A DNA stretch of 36,312 nucleotides from contig JBNJGY010000016.1 of assembly GCA_051748045.1 (NCBI GenBank), forward strand, positions 1-36,312. The letters run 5' to 3'. This stretch comes from Thermotogota bacterium. Its GTDB lineage: Bacteria; Thermotogota; Thermotogae; Petrotogales; Petrotogaceae. A program made the position numbers and the translations under genes. Shown one piece after another: positions 28,831 through 36,312 of the stretch (positions are counted from its first letter, which is position 1; every line of letters starts with the position of its first letter). Under the pieces are notes generated by a model. The model searched no databases, was not told where the DNA came from, and saw nothing but the letters and a program-made list of their open reading frames with translations.

Positions 28831-28935
28831 TTCCTACTTTGAATTTTTATATTTCGGAATTTGTTTATAAAAACTAAAAAATCAAGATTAAAATCTCTTC
28901 AAAAATTTACTTTCTCTTTTAATTTAGATAAAATA

Positions 28936-28944
28936 TGGTATAAT
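28936..28944 (+). promoter_or_regulatory. Extended -10 element upstream of fprA
   Basis: TGgTATAAT about 55 bp before the proposed start codon. Confidence 0.55.
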
Positions 28945-28999
28945 TTTTATGGAAGAAAAAAACAAGTTAATAATTACACTAAATGAGGAGGTTTTAGAA

Positions 29000-30190
29000 T
29001 TGAACGGCTTTTTAAATATTACAGAGGATGTTTTTTATGTAGGTGTAAACGATAGAGATACACATCTTTTCGAAAATATGTGGCCTTTAGATAAAGGGGT
29101 ATCTTATAATTCTTATATTATAAGAGATGAAAAAAATGTATTGGTAGACACAGTTAAAGTAACTAAAATGAGAGAATTTTTAGAAAAAGTAAGAGATTTA
29201 TTAGATGGTGAAAAAATAGATTATTTGATAATTAATCATATGGAACCAGATCATTCAGGATCTATAACTGAAATTTTGGAAGAATATCCAGACTTAAAAA
29301 TAGTTGGTAATAAAAAAACTTTTGAATTTTTAGAAAATTTCTACGGTGTAAAAGAGAACCTCCACGAAGTGAAAGATGGAGATGAACTTGATCTTGGGAA
29401 ACATAAATTAAAATTTGTTATGACTCCTATGGTTCACTGGCCAGAAACCATGATGACTTATGAAACAACTCAAAAAATATTATTTTCAGGTGATGCATTT
29501 GGTGGTTTTGGGACATTAGATGGTGGAGTTTTTGATGATGAAGTTAATCTTGAATTTTATGAAAGTGAAATAAGAAGATATTATTCAAATATCGTTGGTA
29601 AATATTCTATGATGGTTCAAAGAGCTCTAAAAAAATTGGAGGGTGTGGAAGTTAATTATGTTTGTGCTACACATGGCCCAGTTTGGAGAGATGATCCTTC
29701 GAGAATTATAGATTTATATGACAAATGGAGTAATTATGAAACTGAAGAAGGTGTTGTAATAATATACGGTTCTATGTATGGAAATACAGAACATATGGCT
29801 GATTATTTGGCTAGAAAACTTTCTGAAGAAGGGATAACAAATATAAAAATAATGAACGCTTCAAAAGTACATCTTTCTCATTTGATAAATGAAATATGGA
29901 GATTTAAAGGAATTATTTTGGGAAGTTGTACATATAATACAGGTCTTTTCCCACCTATGGAAGAGTTGGCACAATGGCTAGATCACACTGGAGTTAAAAA
30001 CCATGTGATGGGTATTTTTGGAACATATGGTTGGTCAGGAGGAGGAGTAAGTACTCTTGAAAAATATGCAGAAAAGATGAAAATGCCTGTCGTTTCAGAT
30101 TCTGTTGAAGCAAAGTTATCTGCAAACAAAGAAGATTTGAAGAGACTAGATGAATTAGCTATAAAAATGGCAAAAGCTGTTAGAGAATAA
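29000..30190 (+). CDS. fprA: FprA-family (class A) flavodiiron protein, O2/NO reductase
   Basis: SYNSY, NHMEPDHSG, HWPE, FSGDAFG, HGPVWR motifs plus flavodoxin YGSMYGNT and FG.YGWSGG. Start probably TTG 29000 after GAGGAGG. Confidence 0.92.
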   Translation: MNGFLNITEDVFYVGVNDRDTHLFENMWPLDKGVSYNSYIIRDEKNVLVDTVKVTKMREFLEKVRDLLDGEKIDYLIINHMEPDHSGSITEILEEYPDLKIVGNKKTFEFLENFYGVKENLHEVKDGDELDLGKHKLKFVMTPMVHWPETMMTYETTQKILFSGDAFGGFGTLDGGVFDDEVNLEFYESEIRRYYSNIVGKYSMMVQRALKKLEGVEVNYVCATHGPVWRDDPSRIIDLYDKWSNYETEEGVVIIYGSMYGNTEHMADYLARKLSEEGITNIKIMNASKVHLSHLINEIWRFKGIILGSCTYNTGLFPPMEELAQWLDHTGVKNHVMGIFGTYGWSGGGVSTLEKYAEKMKMPVVSDSVEAKLSANKEDLKRLDELAIKMAKAVRE

Positions 30191-30223
30191 AAAAAAGCTG
30201 TGATTAAATCACAGCTTTTTTTT
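30189..30223. terminator. Bidirectional intrinsic terminator
   Basis: A8-GCTGTGATT-a-AATCACAGC-T run, between convergent fprA and the ABC permease. Confidence 0.9.
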
Positions 30224-30875
30224 ATGTATTTTTAAGTCTCAATCCTTTTGAAGTCAAAGTTTTTTCGATAAAAGCTAAAGAAATATCTGTAAAGATTGCC
30301 ATAAGTGAAACAGGTATAGCCCCACCAATAATCATAGAATAGTCAAAGTAAGATAGTCCTATAAAAATTATTTCTCCTAATCCACCAGCACCCACAGCAG
30401 AAGCAATTGTGGTTGTTCCAATATTTATAATTGCTGAGTTTCTTAATCCTGAAAAGATAGTTGGTATAGAATTAGGGATTTCAATTGACCATAAAATTTT
30501 TCTTTTTGTCATTCCCATTCCTTTTGCAGATTCTATCATTTTTTTATCTACACTTAGAAGACCAGATGCAGTATTAAAAACTATAGGAACTAAAGAGTAT
30601 AAAAATAATGCGAATATTGATGGTGCAGCGCCTATACCCATAAAGACAAAAACGAGTGCAATTACAGCAATTGAAGGAACAGATTGAGTTATGCTGGTGA
30701 TAGATAAAACGATTCTTCCTATTTTTTGTCTACCAGGTCTACTAACAAAAATCCCAATAGCCATTCCTACTATAATAGCTAAGCCCCAAGATACTAAAAA
30801 TAAATAAAGATGTTCGAATGTCTTTGTCCAAATATAAGCAGAATTTTCCATCATATAATCCAACACACCTTGCAT
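30222..30875 (-). CDS. Osmoprotectant (Opu/ProW-like) ABC transporter permease
   Basis: EHLYL, QSVPSIA, ESAKGMGMT (EAA loop), VGAGGLG motifs; start at ATG 30875. Confidence 0.88.
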   Translation of the reverse strand: MQGVLDYMMENSAYIWTKTFEHLYLFLVSWGLAIIVGMAIGIFVSRPGRQKIGRIVLSITSITQSVPSIAVIALVFVFMGIGAAPSIFALFLYSLVPIVFNTASGLLSVDKKMIESAKGMGMTKRKILWSIEIPNSIPTIFSGLRNSAIINIGTTTIASAVGAGGLGEIIFIGLSYFDYSMIIGGAIPVSLMAIFTDISLAFIEKTLTSKGLRLKNT

Positions 30876-30876
30876 A

Positions 30877-31971
30877 TTACTCACCACCTGTTGGACTAAT
30901 TTTTTTAAATATAGAAGAGAAGTCAACTTGTCCAATTACTTCACTTTTGTTATTTATTACTGGTAAACTACTAACTCCTACTCTAAGCATAATGTTCAAG
31001 GCATCAAAAAGAGTTAGATGTTTTTGTAATCTATATGTTTTTAGATGATTTTTTAAATCTTTATTATTCGAGATATTTTCTATTGCTCTATTTTCAATAA
31101 AGCCAAAAAATTTATTATCTTTAGTAAAGATTATTATTTTCAGATTTTTATTTTTTATAGAAGAAAAATCAAAATTGCCTATTTCAAAAGTTTCAGGTAT
31201 TTCAGAAATAGTATCTAAAACTTTCATGAATTCTAGTGTTTTAAATTCACTATCATCACCTAAAATCTCTCTAACAAATTGATTTTTAGGTTTTTTAACT
31301 ACTTCTAGAGTAGAGCCTTCTTGTTCTACGTTTCCTTTGTTTAATATAACTATTCTGTCTCCTAGTTTAATGGCTTCTCTAATATCATGAGTTACAAAAA
31401 CGATAGTTTTTTGAATTTTTTCCTGTATTTCTAAGAATCCATTCTGAAGAGTTTCTCTGTTTATTGGGTCTATAGCACCAAAAGGTTCATCCATAAGTAA
31501 AATATCAGGATCAGCAGCGAGACCTCTCGCCACACCAACTCTTTGCCTTTGACCACCAGATAATTGAGCTGGGAATTTTTTTGCGTTTATTGATGGGTCT
31601 AGATTTACCAGATCCAACAATTCATAGACCCTGTTTTTTATTTTATTTTCTTCCCATTTGAGTAATTTAGGAACAACTGCTATATTATCGAAAACAGTCA
31701 TATGAGGAAAAAGTCCAATTTCTTGTATAACATAACCCATACTTCTTCTCAAATCAATAGTGTTTATATCTTCTATTGATTTCCCGTTTATAACTATATC
31801 TCCTGAAGTCCTTTCTATCAATCTATTTATCATTTTTAGAATAGTTGTTTTACCACATCCAGAAGGACCTATTAAAACAGACAATTTTTTATCTTGAAAT
31901 TCTAAGTTTATGTTATTCACTGCTGTGAAATCACCATAATTTTTTTTGAGATCTTTTAATTGTATTGACAT
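30877..31971 (-). CDS. Osmoprotectant ABC transporter ATP-binding protein (OpuCA/ProV-like, degenerate CBS tail)
   Basis: GPSGCGKTT, GYVIQEIGLFPHMT, LSGGQ.QRVG, LMDEPFGA.DPI, FVTHD motifs. Confidence 0.92.
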   Translation of the reverse strand: MSIQLKDLKKNYGDFTAVNNINLEFQDKKLSVLIGPSGCGKTTILKMINRLIERTSGDIVINGKSIEDINTIDLRRSMGYVIQEIGLFPHMTVFDNIAVVPKLLKWEENKIKNRVYELLDLVNLDPSINAKKFPAQLSGGQRQRVGVARGLAADPDILLMDEPFGAIDPINRETLQNGFLEIQEKIQKTIVFVTHDIREAIKLGDRIVILNKGNVEQEGSTLEVVKKPKNQFVREILGDDSEFKTLEFMKVLDTISEIPETFEIGNFDFSSIKNKNLKIIIFTKDNKFFGFIENRAIENISNNKDLKNHLKTYRLQKHLTLFDALNIMLRVGVSSLPVINNKSEVIGQVDFSSIFKKISPTGGE

Positions 31972-31980
31972 AAGCTCCTC

Positions 31981-32637
31981 CTATTCTTTTATTTTTAACC
32001 CTTTTGGTGTTATTAAATCTTCAAATAGCATTAAACCATAATTACTGACAATACCTAATATAGAAACTGCAATTACTCCAGTTATAACCATTTCATATCT
32101 TGATCTCGTAAGTCCTGCAAAAATAAAGTATCCCAAACCACCAGCAGCAACAAAATATCCAAGAGTTGCTATTCCAACGCCCATAACCACTGCATTTCTA
32201 ACTCCAGACATGATTATAGGTATAGATAAAGGTATTCTTATTTTCAAAAGAATTTGAGAATCTGTCATTCCCATTCCTCTTGCTGATTCTATAGTTTTTG
32301 GATCTAAAGATCTTGCAGCCACTACAGTATTTCTAATAATTGGTAAGAAGGAATAAATAGTTAAAGCCACTACAGCAGGAGTTATACCAAGGCCAGCTTT
32401 TAAGGGGGCTAGTAAAACCACCATTATTCCAAAAAGAGCTAATGACGGTATAGTCATCAAAACACTGGCAATATAAATAATTATGTTTGCTAATTTTTTG
32501 TGTTTAGATATAAAAATCCCGACAGGGACACCAATTCCTATTGAAAAAGGAAGGGATAAGCCTATTATTTTTAAATGATTTATTAATTCATCTGATACAG
32601 AACTCCAATTAGTTATTATATAATCCCAAATATTCAT
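31981..32637 (-). CDS. Osmoprotectant (Opu/ProW-like) ABC transporter permease
   Basis: TIPSLALFG, LPIIRNT, ESARGMGMT, AGGLG motifs. Confidence 0.9.
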   Translation of the reverse strand: MNIWDYIITNWSSVSDELINHLKIIGLSLPFSIGIGVPVGIFISKHKKLANIIIYIASVLMTIPSLALFGIMVVLLAPLKAGLGITPAVVALTIYSFLPIIRNTVVAARSLDPKTIESARGMGMTDSQILLKIRIPLSIPIIMSGVRNAVVMGVGIATLGYFVAAGGLGYFIFAGLTRSRYEMVITGVIAVSILGIVSNYGLMLFEDLITPKGLKIKE

Positions 32638-32670
32638 AATTTAGCCCTCCTTTGGAGCCATTATACAATT

Positions 32671-32679
32671 ATTATAGCA
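32671..32679 (-). promoter_or_regulatory. Extended -10 element of the opu-like operon
   Basis: Minus strand TGcTATAAT 33 bp before the ATG. Confidence 0.5.
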
Positions 32680-32865
32680 TATAATTAAAACTATAAGTTA
32701 TTTTATACAAATACATTAGATTATGATTAACTATTGATTACTATAATTTCTTATTGAAATTCATTGTGCATAATCTAACTTTTAAGAGCTCAAAAAAAAG
32801 AGTAAAATTATAATGGGCGAATGTGTTAAGTTTTCTTATTTTTCAATCCAAACGGAGGTGTTCTA

Positions 32866-35040
32866 ATGAATGGCTTATGGGTTTTATTAATAGTACCAGT
32901 TCTAGCGTTGATTTTAGCAAGAATGAATTTCAAACGTGTACTTAAGATGCCAGAAGGAACAAAAGAAATGCAAGAGGTAGCAAAAGCAATTAGGATAGGA
33001 GCCAATACATTTATCAATCATGAATATAAAATGATTGCTATATATGTTGTTCTTATTGGAGTTATACTATCAGTAATTATAGATTGGTATGTTGGTATAG
33101 CTTTTGTTTCTGGAGCTCTTATGAGTGCACTTGCAGGAATGGTTGGGATGAAAATAGCAACCTATGCAAATGTCAGAGTAGCTAATGTTGCAAGAGAAGA
33201 AAGAAAAATAGGAAAAACTTTAAAAGCCGCTTTTACAGGCGGAAGTGTTATGGGGTTATCAGTTGCAGGCTTTGCATTAACCGGGTTAATATTAATGTAT
33301 GTTATTTTTGGAGACTTTTTTGGTCAATTAAATCCAGAAAATATGATTATAAGAATAAATTGGCTGAACATAAACTACATTCCTTTTACAATGACAGTTT
33401 CAGGATATGCTTTAGGTTGTTCAATTATAGCAATGTTTGACAGAGTTGGTGGTGGAATATATACAAAAGCTGCTGATATGGGTGCTGATTTAGTTGGTAA
33501 GACAGAACTTGCTTTACCAGAAGACGACAGAAGAAATCCTGCTACGATTGCAGATAATGTTGGAGATAATGTAGGAGACGTTGCTGGTTTAGGCGCAGAT
33601 TTATTAGAAAGTTATATAGGTTCTATAATTTCAGCAGTGGTTTTGATATTATACACACATTTCTTATTGGGAGCAGAACAATTTTCATATGATTCTACAA
33701 TAAAGTTATCGTTATTTCCTTTATTTTTTACAGCCATAGGTTTAATATCTGCTATGATTGGAATTATGTATATAATATTCAGAAACAATTCAGAAAACCC
33801 TCATGGTGAGTTAAATAGATCTTTATTCATGTCAGCATTTCTGACTCTTATTTTTACATTTGCAATGACTTGGTTCTATCTAGGGAAAATCCCAGCAGAA
33901 GAGTTAGATACGATAGGATTTAGATTTGGATTCTTGTCTCCTTGGTTATCTGCTGTTGTTGGTATAGTTGTTGGAATAACAGTTGGATTATTAGCAGAAT
34001 ATTATACAAGTGAAAAATTCAAACCTACCCATGATTTATCTGAGTTTGCAAAAGGTGGTCCAGCAATAGTTATTACAAAAGGATTAGCCCTTGGTATGAA
34101 AAGTGTTTTTTTACCTGTATTTATGCTTATGCTTGGAATATTAATTTCATACGAAATGTCTGGGTTATATGGTGTTGCAATGGCAGCAATAGGAATGCTT
34201 TCATTTGTTGCAGCAACAGTTTCAGTTGATTCTTATGGACCAATAGCAGATAATGCTGGAGGTATCAGTGAAATGACTGGATTAGATGCATCAGTAAGAA
34301 AAATTACAGATAAATTAGATTCAGTAGGAAATACAACAGCTGCAATCGGTAAAGGTTTTGCTATAGGCTCTGCAGGTTTAGCAGCTTTATCGTTATTTGC
34401 TTCTTATATTTATTCACAAGCAGGACCTGGAGATTCAGGAATAGTTAATCTTAATGAATTTTTACAATTGAATTTGATAAATTCTAAAACAATATCCGGA
34501 GCTATTTTTGGGGCTTCACTTCCATTTTTCTTCAGCGCTTTCTTAATAGACGCAGTTGTAAATGCAGCAAACAAAATGGTTGAAGAAGTTAGGAGACAGT
34601 TCAAAGAAATTCCTGGATTGATGGAAGGCAAAAGTGACCCTGATTATGAACGATGTATAAAAATAAGTTCCGAAGGTTCTCTAAAAGAGATGAAGATTCC
34701 AGCATTGATTTCTGTTGCCACTCCAATAATTAGTGGGTTCATATTTGGACCTGAATTTGTTGGAGGTCTTTTAGTGGGAACAACATTGAGTGGAGTTATG
34801 CTTGCTATATTCTCAGCTAATTCTGGTGGAGCATGGGATAATGGTAAGAAAAATATAGAAGCTGGAAATGTTGAAGGTGAAGGAAAAGGTTCAGATGCTC
34901 ATAAAGCATCAGTTGTTGGAGACACAGTAGGAGATCCTTTAAAAGATACAGTAGGACCTTCATTAGATATTTTAATAAAAATAATGTCAGTTACATCATT
35001 AATAATGGTATCAGTTTTCAAAGTGTATCACTTATTCTAA
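32866..35040 (+). CDS. hppA: Membrane-integral, K+-dependent, probably Na+-translocating pyrophosphatase
   Basis: GGGIYTKAADMGADLVGK, EDDRRNPA.IADNVGDNVGD, DLLES, GNTTAA, GGAWDN, GDPLKDT.GPSLDILIK motifs. Confidence 0.95.
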   Translation: MNGLWVLLIVPVLALILARMNFKRVLKMPEGTKEMQEVAKAIRIGANTFINHEYKMIAIYVVLIGVILSVIIDWYVGIAFVSGALMSALAGMVGMKIATYANVRVANVAREERKIGKTLKAAFTGGSVMGLSVAGFALTGLILMYVIFGDFFGQLNPENMIIRINWLNINYIPFTMTVSGYALGCSIIAMFDRVGGGIYTKAADMGADLVGKTELALPEDDRRNPATIADNVGDNVGDVAGLGADLLESYIGSIISAVVLILYTHFLLGAEQFSYDSTIKLSLFPLFFTAIGLISAMIGIMYIIFRNNSENPHGELNRSLFMSAFLTLIFTFAMTWFYLGKIPAEELDTIGFRFGFLSPWLSAVVGIVVGITVGLLAEYYTSEKFKPTHDLSEFAKGGPAIVITKGLALGMKSVFLPVFMLMLGILISYEMSGLYGVAMAAIGMLSFVAATVSVDSYGPIADNAGGISEMTGLDASVRKITDKLDSVGNTTAAIGKGFAIGSAGLAALSLFASYIYSQAGPGDSGIVNLNEFLQLNLINSKTISGAIFGASLPFFFSAFLIDAVVNAANKMVEEVRRQFKEIPGLMEGKSDPDYERCIKISSEGSLKEMKIPALISVATPIISGFIFGPEFVGGLLVGTTLSGVMLAIFSANSGGAWDNGKKNIEAGNVEGEGKGSDAHKASVVGDTVGDPLKDTVGPSLDILIKIMSVTSLIMVSVFKVYHLF

Positions 35041-35047
35041 AAAATAT

Positions 35048-35068
35048 CCCCCTCAAATATTGAGGGGG
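35048..35068. terminator. Terminator hairpin between convergent hppA and pfpI
   Basis: CCCCCTCAA-ata-TTGAGGGGG with AT-rich flanks. Confidence 0.8.
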
Positions 35069-35075
35069 TTTAAAT

Positions 35076-35585
35076 TTATTTTAGTTTTTTGAGTGATTCT
35101 TCAATAAATACAGGTAAATCTCCAGGATGTCTACTTGAAACAAAATTATCGTCAATAACAACTTCTTTATCTTGATATTCAGCACCTGCGTTTTTAATAT
35201 CTTGAATAATGGCTTTGTATCCAGTTAAAATTCTTCCTTTTAGAACATCTGCAGTCACAAGGAGCTGTGCTGCATGGCATATCATAAATATTGGTTTACT
35301 TGTTTCAGCAAATTTTTTTGTGAATTCGACAGCTTCGTCATTAGCCCTTAAATGATCAGGAGAATATCCTCCTGGTACTAATAGAGCATCAAAATCATCT
35401 GGTGAAACATTTTTAACATCTTCATCGATTACGACTTCTGTTTTATCTCTTTTCCCATAAACTTTTTTACCTTCTTTAACTCCAACATGTACAATCTCAT
35501 GCCCAGCTTCTTTATAAGCTTCTACAGGTTTTGTATATTCTACATCTTCAAACATATCGTCAATAATAACAGCTACTTTTGCCAT
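35076..35585 (-). CDS. PfpI/DJ-1 family protein (YhbO/YraA-like)
   Basis: FED.EY..P, DALLVPGGYSPD.LR, ICHA, SR.PGDL motifs; start at ATG 35585 after GGAGGTG. Confidence 0.92.
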   Translation of the reverse strand: MAKVAVIIDDMFEDVEYTKPVEAYKEAGHEIVHVGVKEGKKVYGKRDKTEVVIDEDVKNVSPDDFDALLVPGGYSPDHLRANDEAVEFTKKFAETSKPIFMICHAAQLLVTADVLKGRILTGYKAIIQDIKNAGAEYQDKEVVIDDNFVSSRHPGDLPVFIEESLKKLK

Positions 35586-35770
35586 TATATTCACCTCCAA
35601 TATAATTATAACAATTTTTGTTGTAAATAAAAAATCGTTTCAATTATTTACTTTATTAAATAAATCTATCATAAAAACTTAAATGAAAATAATTAATTAG
35701 TATTGTTAATTATTGTTAAGTTTGATATAATATTTTCGGGGGAAACGGTTTCATTTCTGGAGGTGTAAAT

Positions 35771-36312
35771 ATGAGGAGAAATAGGATAAAATGGTGGAAT
35801 AAATTTAGTAATAAACTTACTTTTTTATTCATTATAATCACTTTAGTACCAGCTTTGTTTATAGTAGCTTTTTTTACAATTTCTGTTAACAACAGAACAG
35901 AAACAATTGAAAAGAACTTAAACAACACTATAGTCAATTTACAACAGGATTATGAACAAAATTTTGTAGAATACAATCAAAGTATTCAAGCAGATATTGA
36001 AAAATATAATACTTATTTACGAGAAGAAATAGAAAAAATAGAATCTGATATATCGGATCAATTGAAAACAAGTTATATGAATTCTTATGATGATTCTATG
36101 AATACTTTAAAAAATGTTTTTGAAAACTTTCTAAGAGATAGACAATCCACTATAGAAAGCACTGGGAAATTAATTTCTCAAACACAAGAGATAGTATCCG
36201 TAAGTGAAGAAAAAAAAGTAGGAATAATGCAAAGGTATAATCTTTTAAAACCTTTTGTAGAATCTCAATATTACTCAGCTATGCAATTGTGGATGGTTGA
36301 TCCATCCAGCAC
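35771..36312 (+). CDS. Membrane-anchored protein, 3'-truncated by the window edge (possible chemoreceptor/sensor)
   Basis: Absent from the ORF track because it has no stop. GGAGGTG RBS, then MRRNRIKWWNKFSNKLTFLFIIITLVPALFIVAFF (TM helix) and a coiled-coil-like region open to the end. Function is a guess. Confidence 0.7.
   Translation, partial: MRRNRIKWWNKFSNKLTFLFIIITLVPALFIVAFFTISVNNRTETIEKNLNNTIVNLQQDYEQNFVEYNQSIQADIEKYNTYLREEIEKIESDISDQLKTSYMNSYDDSMNTLKNVFENFLRDRQSTIESTGKLISQTQEIVSVSEEKKVGIMQRYNLLKPFVESQYYSAMQLWMVDPSS

Noticed and set aside
28375-28870. Short ORFs 28375-28638 and 28670-28870
   Set aside because: They are translations of heptamer and hairpin modules, with no RBS and no protein-like motif.
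32780-32865. Na+ riboswitch upstream of hppA, or c-di-AMP riboswitch upstream of the opu operon
   Set aside because: Context is suggestive, but I cannot identify the conserved aptamer stems by eye and the opu leader is too short; an Rfam cmscan is needed.
35716-35937. 73-aa minus-strand ORF
   Set aside because: Antisense to the better-supported plus-strand gene starting at 35771, which has a strong RBS and a TM helix.

Overview
AT-rich bacterial chromosomal window, most likely Thermotogota (Petrotogales-like). This is inferred from a Thermotoga-type maltosyltransferase, a Thermotoga-type Na+-pyrophosphatase, an hrcA-grpE-dnaJ operon without dnaK and a DDPx MurE motif. Content is almost entirely housekeeping: a tRNA-Glu/Val/Phe operon, a compact murE-murF-mraY-murD-ftsW-murG-murC cluster, a CIRCE-headed hrcA-grpE-dnaJ-yitT-corC-cdd-RR/PP2C run, nudF-gltX-cysS, cheX, mmtA with tRNA-Ser, gnd-zwf-pgl, dgk-dck, fprA, an Opu-type ABC transporter lacking a binding protein, hppA, pfpI and a truncated membrane sensor-like gene. 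I see no transposase, integrase, prophage, CRISPR or defence system. The main unexplained structure is non-coding. Three intergenic loci (about 700-830, 16636-16721 and 28391-28832) share a 43-bp TGTCA-headed hairpin repeat with a compensatory base change, tandem G.A pairs and a GCGNAGC mini-hairpin, and each has a heptamer tract nearby. The largest locus also holds a 22-bp-period array whose units differ in sequence but can fold into the same hairpin shape. All calls are by eye; no database searches or folding programs were run.
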